A stretch of DNA of 32,000 nucleotides from Candidatus Nitrospira inopinata (GTDB lineage: Bacteria; Nitrospirota; Nitrospiria; Nitrospirales; Nitrospiraceae): the NCBI RefSeq assembly GCF_001458695.1, contig NZ_LN885086.1:2400001-2432000 (forward strand). The letters are read 5' to 3'. Made by a program: the position numbers and the translations under genes. The notes beneath the pieces were generated by a model. That model saw only the letters and a list, made by a program, of their open reading frames with translations. It made no database searches and was not told the DNA's origin. This document shows, piece after piece, positions 24,513 through 32,000 of this stretch; the first letter of the stretch is position 1, and each line of letters starts with the position of its first letter.

Positions 24513-26089
24513 AAGCCGAAAGAGCAAAGGGCAAGGTATATTTGGTCGGCGCCGGACCGGGCGACCCCAAGCTGTTGACCATTCGCGGCTTGGAGTGCCT
24601 CAAACGAGCGGACGTGGTGCTCTACGATTATCTGGCGAATTCGGAACTTCTGAAACACGCGTCGAATGAGACGGAGCGGATCTATGTCGGCCGGCGGGGG
24701 CGAGGAAAGTATCCTGATCAAGATGAGATCACCCGATTGTTGATCGAGCGGGCGCGGCAAGGAAAAGTTGTCGTGCGACTCAAAGGCGGAGATCCGTTCG
24801 TGTTTGGACGGGGAGGCGAAGAAGCGGAGGCTCTGGCGTCGGCCGGCGTCGATTTTGAAATTGTTCCCGGCGTCACGGCCGCGATCGCGGCTCCGGCCTA
24901 TGCCGGGATTCCCGTCACTCACAGAACCATGGCTTCGACGGTGACGTTTGTGACCGGACACGAAGATCCGGAGAAGCCATCAAGGGGAGTGGAATGGCCT
25001 CGGCTCGCAACCAGCCGTGGCACGCTCGTGTTTCTGATGGGCGTCAAGAATCTCGCGTCGATTGCAGCCAATTTGGTGGCCGAAGGACGATCGCCCGACA
25101 CGCCGGCGGCGGTGATTCGGTGGGGAACCAGAGCCTCACAACAGACAATCGTCGGGACGTTGGCCAACATTGCCGCCAAGGCGGAGGCGGCGAAACTTGA
25201 GCCGCCGGCGGTGATCGTCGTAGGGGAAGTGGTGCTTCTCCGGTCACAGCTCAATTGGTTCGAGACCAAGCCGCTCTTTGGGAAGCGTGTGTTGATGACA
25301 AGGGCTCAAGAGCAGGCCTGGGAACTGGCCGAGCTGCTGGCCGCGCATGGCGCCGAGCCGATCGAAGCTCCCACAATCCGGATCACGCCGCCGGCCGAGT
25401 GGGGGGCGGTCGATCGGGCCATCGCCGAGATCGGTTCCTATGACTGGATCATCTTCACCAGCGTCAACGGCGTGAATCGATTCATGACCAGATTGCGTGC
25501 GAGCGGATTGGACGCGCGTTGTCTGGCCGGCCGGGTGATTTGTTGTATCGGGCCCCGCACGGCTCAAGAGATCGAGAAGTTCGGAGTCAAGGCGGACGTC
25601 CTTCCGACCGATTACCAGGCGGAAGGCATCATCGGCGCCCTGGATGGGTTGAATGCCCGATCGATGCGCGTCCTTATCCCACGAGCGGAAGTGGCGCGTG
25701 AAGTGCTCCCGGACGAATTGCGGGCCCGAGGGGCTCATGTCGATGTCGTATCAGTGTATAGGACGGTGATACCGAACGGAGACGGTGAACCCTGGCGGCG
25801 ACTGTTGGCTGAGGGGCAGGTCCATGTGGTCACGTTTACCAGCTCATCCACGGTCCGCAATTTCGTGACAATGGTGGGAGGAGAGGAGCAGGCTATCGCC
25901 CTCTTGCGATCGGTCGTCGTGGCCGTGATAGGACCGATTACGGCGAGGACCCTGGAGGAGTTCGGCATGACGGCCTCGATCATGCCCGATGAAAATACGA
26001 TTCCGGCGTTGGTCGATGCCATCGTGCGGTATTATGAGAGCCGGGCGAACGTTGCGGCAAGAACGTCGGAGACGATACAGCGACCATAA
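24509..26089 (+). CDS. cobA/hemD: Fused uroporphyrinogen-III C-methyltransferase / uroporphyrinogen-III synthase
   Basis: The N-terminal half is SUMT-like (VYLVGAGPGDPKLLTIRGLECLKRADVVLYD, RLKGGDPFVFGRGGEE). The C-terminal half, about 250 aa, is HemD-like (ITFTSVNGV, VTFTSSSTV). The start overlaps the hemC stop (ATGA). Confidence 0.9.
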   Translation: MKAERAKGKVYLVGAGPGDPKLLTIRGLECLKRADVVLYDYLANSELLKHASNETERIYVGRRGRGKYPDQDEITRLLIERARQGKVVVRLKGGDPFVFGRGGEEAEALASAGVDFEIVPGVTAAIAAPAYAGIPVTHRTMASTVTFVTGHEDPEKPSRGVEWPRLATSRGTLVFLMGVKNLASIAANLVAEGRSPDTPAAVIRWGTRASQQTIVGTLANIAAKAEAAKLEPPAVIVVGEVVLLRSQLNWFETKPLFGKRVLMTRAQEQAWELAELLAAHGAEPIEAPTIRITPPAEWGAVDRAIAEIGSYDWIIFTSVNGVNRFMTRLRASGLDARCLAGRVICCIGPRTAQEIEKFGVKADVLPTDYQAEGIIGALDGLNARSMRVLIPRAEVAREVLPDELRARGAHVDVVSVYRTVIPNGDGEPWRRLLAEGQVHVVTFTSSSTVRNFVTMVGGEEQAIALLRSVVVAVIGPITARTLEEFGMTASIMPDENTIPALVDAIVRYYESRANVAARTSETIQRP

Positions 26090-26112
26090 GACCAGAAAAG
26101 GAGGAAGGCGGC

Positions 26113-26508
26113 ATGGTTCCAGTGAAGTCATTCATGATTCCACGAGAAAAATTCGTGACGGTGCAGCGGGATACGGACGCCCAGACGGCGGCCAGGATTA
26201 TGCGCGACAAGGGGATCGGCAGCCTGTTCGTGACCAACGATCGTGAGATCATCGGTATTGTGACGGATACGGACATGATGCGTCGGGTCGTGGCCGCCGG
26301 GGCGGATGCCACCAAGACGACGGTGGAACAGATCATGTCCGCTCCTATCATGACCATCGAAGATAACAAAACGCTTCTCGACGCCAATGACTTGATGGCT
26401 CAGTCTCATGTGCGTCATCTGGGAGTGAGTCGAGACGGAAAACTGGTCGGGATGATTTCCGTCCGTGATCTTGTCGTGTTTTTGACGAATCTGCCTCGGA
26501 AGAAGTAA
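26113..26508 (+). CDS. CBS-pair domain protein
   Basis: The 131-aa product consists of two CBS motifs (GIGSLFVTNDREIIGIVTDTDMMRRV and HVRHLGVSRDGKLVGMISVRDLV). A strong AGGAGG RBS is present. Confidence 0.85.
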   Translation: MVPVKSFMIPREKFVTVQRDTDAQTAARIMRDKGIGSLFVTNDREIIGIVTDTDMMRRVVAAGADATKTTVEQIMSAPIMTIEDNKTLLDANDLMAQSHVRHLGVSRDGKLVGMISVRDLVVFLTNLPRKK

Positions 26509-26514
26509 GACTGC

Positions 26515-27486
26515 ATGGCGTTTCCAATCCAACGGCTGCGCCGGCTCCGGCAACAGGAAGGCCTCCGGCGGATGGTGCGGGAGACGGCGTTGTCTGCCGC
26601 CGATTTGATCGCGCCGTTCTTCGTCGTCGAAGGTCGAGATCGTCGTGAGCCGATCGCCTCAATGCCGGGCCAATACAGACTTTCGATCGACCTGTTGGTC
26701 GAGGAGGCGGCCGAAATCAAGGCGCTCGGCATTCCGGCGATCATTTTATTCGGCATTCCCGCCCAGAAGGACGAGCAAGGCAGCGCGGGTCTCGATCCGA
26801 ACGGCATCGTGCAACGGGCGGTCCGGGCGATTAAGGAAAAGGTTCCCGGCCTGATCGTCGTTACCGACGTGTGCATCGACGAGTACACCAGCCACGGACA
26901 CTGCGGGATCGTCCGCGATGGAAAAATCTGCAACGATGAAACCCTCGATTGTCTACGGATCATGGCCCGTACCCACGCCGAAGCGGGGGCCGATATGGTG
27001 GCGCCTTCCGACATGATGGACGGGCGGGTGGCGGCCATCCGGGATGAACTCGACCGGGCGGGATTTCCCGACGTCCCGATCATGGCCTATGCGGCCAAGT
27101 TCGCCTCCTGTTTTTACGCGCCGTTTCGTGACGCGGCGTTTTCGAGCCCTCAATTCGGTGATCGGCAATCGTATCAAATGGATCCTGGCAACCGGCGCGA
27201 GGCGCTGCGCGAGATCGAACTGGACGTAGAGGAAGGGGCCGATATTGTCATGGTGAAGCCGGCCTTGCCCTATTTGGACGTCATCGCCGCCGCGAGAAGT
27301 CGCACGCTTCTGCCGATCGCCGCCTATCAGGTCAGCGGCGAATACAGTATGATCAAGGCCGCCGCCCAGGCCGGTTGGCTCGATGAATCGCGCGCGATTC
27401 TCGAATCGTTGGTGGCGATCAAGCGAGCTGGCGCCGATCTGATTTTGACCTATTTCGCCAAAGACGCCGTTCGGTTACTGTCTTAA
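26515..27486 (+). CDS. hemB: Porphobilinogen synthase (delta-aminolevulinate dehydratase)
   Basis: The Schiff-base Lys context is [13 protein letters not shown], and YQVSGEY is present. The metal-site region is [14 protein letters not shown]. Confidence 0.95.
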   Translation: MAFPIQRLRRLRQQEGLRRMVRETALSAADLIAPFFVVEGRDRREPIASMPGQYRLSIDLLVEEAAEIKALGIPAIILFGIPAQKDEQGSAGLDPNGIVQRAVRAIKEKVPGLIVVTDVCIDEYTSHGHCGIVRDGKICNDETLDCLRIMARTHAEAGADMVAPSDMMDGRVAAIRDELDRAGFPDVPIMAYAAKFASCFYAPFRDAAFSSPQFGDRQSYQMDPGNRREALREIELDVEEGADIVMVKPALPYLDVIAAARSRTLLPIAAYQVSGEYSMIKAAAQAGWLDESRAILESLVAIKRAGADLILTYFAKDAVRLLS

Positions 27487-27504
27487 GAGGCTTGCCCCGC
27501 GACG

Positions 27505-28485
27505 ATGAAGGTGACGCACGGATATCAGCACGAGATTGCGCGACCCTATCCGGTCGTCACGATCGGGAATTTTGACGGTCATCACATAGGGCATCGGGCC
27601 CTCTTGCAAGCCGTGGTCGAAACGGCTCGGAAAGTCGGAGGCACCGCTCTGGTCCTGACCTTCGACCCGCACCCGGTGAGGATCCTGGCTCCGCACGTGA
27701 ATCTCCGATTCTTGACCGATCCGGAGGAAAAACTGGGGTTCTTCCGGGCAGCCGGCGTCGAGGAGGTCGTCTTCGTGGAGTTTACCCGGTCGTTTGCCGC
27801 TCTGCCGCCCGAAGCGTTTGTGGAGCAGGTGCTTGTGCAAGGGTTGCATGCAAAAGAATTGTTCGTTGGACGGCACTTTGTCTTCGGCCACAACCGAGCG
27901 GGAAAGGTGGAGGATCTGGTGGTATTGGGTGCGCGCCACGGTGTTCTCGTTCATCCGATGGATCCGGTGCTGGCCGGCGGAACCATCGTCAGCTCGACAA
28001 GAATCCGTCAGTTGATTCAAGCGGGATCGGTGGACCAGGCGGCGCCGTTGCTTGGTCGCCGCTATACCGTGGCCGGCATGGTCTCCCGCGGGGCGCAGAG
28101 GGGGCATGAGATAGGATGGCGAACGGCCAACCTTCGGCTTCCCGCTGATCGCGTCATGCCCCCGGACGGCGTCTATGCCACCGTCGCTTTGTGGAAGGAG
28201 CGCCGGTATGACTCGATCTCGTACATCGGAACAAGGCCGACGTTTGGCGCGGGAGAACGGTTGCTCGAAGTTCACCTGTTTGACGAGGAGCCTGACCTGT
28301 ACGGAGAACGAATCGTCGTCGAATTCGTCGGGCGGGTCAGAGGCGACGTCCGGTTTTCGGGGACGGAAGCGTTGAGCCGGCAAATCACACTCGATGTGGA
28401 GTCCGCAAGGGAGTTGTTGCGCAATATTCAGCCGACGCAGGCTGCACAGGCGACAGCGGCACAGGCGACAATGGAGAAACAATGA
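27505..28485 (+). CDS. ribF: Bifunctional riboflavin kinase / FMN adenylyltransferase
   Basis: The N-terminal nucleotidyltransferase motif is TIGNFDGHHIGHRAL. The C-terminal kinase region contains GIYA-like DGVYA and a LEVHL-type segment. Confidence 0.93.
   Translation: MKVTHGYQHEIARPYPVVTIGNFDGHHIGHRALLQAVVETARKVGGTALVLTFDPHPVRILAPHVNLRFLTDPEEKLGFFRAAGVEEVVFVEFTRSFAALPPEAFVEQVLVQGLHAKELFVGRHFVFGHNRAGKVEDLVVLGARHGVLVHPMDPVLAGGTIVSSTRIRQLIQAGSVDQAAPLLGRRYTVAGMVSRGAQRGHEIGWRTANLRLPADRVMPPDGVYATVALWKERRYDSISYIGTRPTFGAGERLLEVHLFDEEPDLYGERIVVEFVGRVRGDVRFSGTEALSRQITLDVESARELLRNIQPTQAAQATAAQATMEKQ
28441..28470 (+). repeat. In-frame 15-nt tandem duplication at the ribF 3' end
   Basis: GCTGCACAGGCGACA is followed by GCGGCACAGGCGACA (14/15 identical), encoding AAQAT-AAQAT. 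Confidence 0.7.
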
Positions 28486-29969
28486 CGACGGCGGTTTCAC
28501 GAGCCACGGGTCATCCCCCCAGAACGGGGTGGCCTCCCTTGCTCCGGCGGGTCGTCAGGACCATTCGGACGAGGCGCTTGTTCGAACCGGGCCGGCACCT
28601 GCTCGTGGCGGTCTCCGGGGGGCCGGACTCGATGGCTCTGTTGTCGCTGCTCAATCGACTGAAACCTTCCTGGCGGTTGACCCTCACGGTGGTCCATTAC
28701 AACTATGGGTTACGGGGAGCCGAATCCGACGGCGATCAAGCCTGCGTTGAGGACCTGTGTCGTCGCTGGGACCTGCCGTTGTTCGTCGAGCGGCTGGACG
28801 TCGGCTCTCGCCCGCGAGGAGTCTCTCTACAATCGGCGGCTCGGGAGCTGCGTTATGAGGCGATGATGAAGAGGGCCCTCGTTTGCGGGGCGGATCGGAT
28901 TGCCCTGGGACACACCGCTGACGATCAGGCAGAAACCGTTCTGCTGTGGATGCTCCGCGGGGCCGGACTGACCGGAGTATCCGGCATGCCGTCTTGTCGA
29001 AACCATCTCTTTGTCAGGCCGTTGTATGAAACGAGGCGAGCGGACGTGCTCGCCTACCTTCGCGATGAGGGTGTGCCGTTTCGATGGGATTCCAGCAATG
29101 AAAAGTCCATTTACCTGCGAAATCGGATCAGGCACGAGATTATGCCGGTCTTGGAGAAGGTGGTTCCGTCTGCCGTCGAGGCCCTGTGCCGGCTCGCCGA
29201 TCTTTGCGTGGAAGATGACCGATACCTCGAAAGACAGATCGCCGCTCTGTGTGAGGGAAGGATCACGCGATTCCCCGATGGAAGGAAAGCGGTGGACCGA
29301 TCGTTTTTTAAGAGTCTGCCGCGCGCCGTTCAAAGACGTGTTGTCAGGAATCTGTGTAAAGAGTGTGACGTGAGTGGTCGTCCCCCGGCCATGAAGGCGG
29401 TGGAGTCTCTTCTCCGTATCGCGAACGGACCGACGGCGTGTTCTTCCATGCGCGTGGCATCCGTCGAGGCGACCGTTGAAAGAGACCGATTGTACGTTGC
29501 TCCTTCCAAATTCGGCGCCAATTTCGGCGAGCCGGCCGGCGTTTCTTCGGCCGGGACGGCGCCAATGGCGCTTGCGATTCCAGGATCCGTTGTCTGGCCT
29601 GAAACCGGTCATCGCATCGAGGCTTTCAAGATCAAAAAGAAAGATTTCCGGCCGCTCGCAGGAAGGGATAGAACGAGAATCGTGGTGGATGCAAGCAGAA
29701 TTTCTGAAGGGTTGGTCGTGCGGAGTTGGAAGCCGGGAGATCGTTTTTGTCCGTTCGGCATGGGAGGGCGGTCGAAAAAACTCCAGGATTTTTTCACGGA
29801 CCTGAAAATGCCGGTCCGGGAGAGGCGTCGCGTGCCGATCGTGGAGGCTCCGGAGGGCATCGTATGGGTCGTCGGGTACAGACAGGACGATCGGTGGTCC
29901 GTGGATGAGAAGACCGAATGGTGCGTGGTGCTCGGCGTGCGGGAGCCTGTGGCGGTGAAGGAGAGCTAA
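28482..29969 (+). CDS. tilS: tRNA(Ile)-lysidine synthetase
   Basis: The PP-loop motif is LLVAVSGGPDSMALL. The 495-aa product includes the C-terminal TilS domain. The start overlaps the ribF stop (ATGA). Confidence 0.92.
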   Translation: MTTAVSRATGHPPRTGWPPLLRRVVRTIRTRRLFEPGRHLLVAVSGGPDSMALLSLLNRLKPSWRLTLTVVHYNYGLRGAESDGDQACVEDLCRRWDLPLFVERLDVGSRPRGVSLQSAARELRYEAMMKRALVCGADRIALGHTADDQAETVLLWMLRGAGLTGVSGMPSCRNHLFVRPLYETRRADVLAYLRDEGVPFRWDSSNEKSIYLRNRIRHEIMPVLEKVVPSAVEALCRLADLCVEDDRYLERQIAALCEGRITRFPDGRKAVDRSFFKSLPRAVQRRVVRNLCKECDVSGRPPAMKAVESLLRIANGPTACSSMRVASVEATVERDRLYVAPSKFGANFGEPAGVSSAGTAPMALAIPGSVVWPETGHRIEAFKIKKKDFRPLAGRDRTRIVVDASRISEGLVVRSWKPGDRFCPFGMGGRSKKLQDFFTDLKMPVRERRRVPIVEAPEGIVWVVGYRQDDRWSVDEKTEWCVVLGVREPVAVKES

Positions 29970-29972
29970 AAT

Positions 29973-30521
29973 ATGGAACGATTGTTTGGAAAGCCGATCG
30001 TGACACAGGAACAAATGAGGACCCGCATCCGTGAGTTGGGTCGACAGATCAGCGCGGATTACGCCGGCAAAGACCTTGTCTTGATCGGCGTCTTGAAAGG
30101 GGCGTATGCTTTCTACGCGGATTTGGCCAGGGCCATCCGCATTCCGATACGGGTCGACTTTCTTGTGGTGACCACGGAGAAGACAAAAGGTGGGGCGCCG
30201 GGGAAAGCCAAGTTGATTTCGGATTTGACCGAAACCATCACGGGAAAAGACGTTCTGCTGGTTGAAGATATCGTCGATTCGGGGCTGACGGCTCAGCGGT
30301 TGCTCGCAGCCCTTGCGAAGAAAAAGCCGCGCAGCCTGAACATCTGCGCACTTCTCAGTAAGCAGGACGACCGGGTTGTGGACGTTCATGTCGCATACGT
30401 CGGATTTACGGTTCCCAATCAATACGTCGTGGGCTATGGGCTCGACTATCAGCAAAAATACCGAAACCTCCCCTATCTGGCGGTCCTCGATGAGAAGGAT
30501 CTTGCGAAGAAAAGGAAGTAG
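29973..30521 (+). CDS. hpt: Hypoxanthine phosphoribosyltransferase
   Basis: The PRPP-binding motif VLLVEDIVDSGLT and the segment VGYGLDY..KYRNLPY are present. The gene sits in the canonical tilS-hpt-ftsH order. Confidence 0.93.
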   Translation: MERLFGKPIVTQEQMRTRIRELGRQISADYAGKDLVLIGVLKGAYAFYADLARAIRIPIRVDFLVVTTEKTKGGAPGKAKLISDLTETITGKDVLLVEDIVDSGLTAQRLLAALAKKKPRSLNICALLSKQDDRVVDVHVAYVGFTVPNQYVVGYGLDYQQKYRNLPYLAVLDEKDLAKKRK

Positions 30522-30536
30522 GGATATGGGGCGTTG

Positions 30537-30566
30537 TTGTCAAGCCGATCGTTGCTGTGTTAACAT
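30537..30566 (+). promoter_or_regulatory. Weak candidate sigma70 promoter for ftsH
   Basis: TTGTCA (30537-30542), an 18-nt spacer, then TAACAT (30561-30566), about 60 nt upstream of the ftsH ATG. Confidence 0.2.
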
Positions 30567-30629
30567 CACATCAGTTTTGATCGACGAACGGTCCCGTTCA
30601 GTTGTCACGTTAGCACGAAGGAGATTCGG

Positions 30630-32000
<1,371 letters not shown>

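Overview
This is a moderately GC-rich bacterial chromosomal window (composition judged by eye, not computed), densely packed with mostly housekeeping genes. Gene content suggests a diderm lineage. A Nitrospirota-like or deltaproteobacteria-like organism is only a guess and cannot be verified here.

Layout:
- 1-6460 is an accessory-looking edge of an exosortase/EPS-type locus. It holds two tandem PEP-CTERM cargo genes, a PrsT-like TPR lipoprotein, a lone MacB/FtsX-type permease and a TviB/WbpO-like nucleotide-sugar dehydrogenase.
- 6682-9753 holds proA, directly abutted by a 590-aa ORF with no family I can recognise.
- 9831-18807 is one long minus-strand run: yggX-like, two tandem DUF151/BFN nuclease-like genes, rplM-rpsI, argC-argJ, rpsB-tsf-pyrH-frr, alr.
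- 19028-20153 holds tRNA-Leu(CAA), an AT-rich spacer with phased direct repeats, and a secreted Gly-rich orphan protein with its own terminator.
- 20267-32000 holds tusA-like and rsmI (convergent, overlapping), then a long plus-strand run: hemX/ccsA-like, hemA, hemC, cobA-hemD fusion, a CBS-pair gene, hemB, ribF, tilS, hpt, ftsH (truncated at the window end).

I see no CRISPR array, rRNA, IS element, integrase or recognisable defence genes. I cannot support a clear multi-gene novel system. The best leads are:
- the proA-coupled 590-aa orphan
- the recoded-looking tandem PEP-CTERM pair
- the divergent BFN pair fused to the rplM-rpsI operon
- the repeat-bearing regulatory island upstream of the secreted orphan
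- a hybrid Cys/Asp metal motif in HemB

All family assignments come from motif recognition by eye, with no database search.
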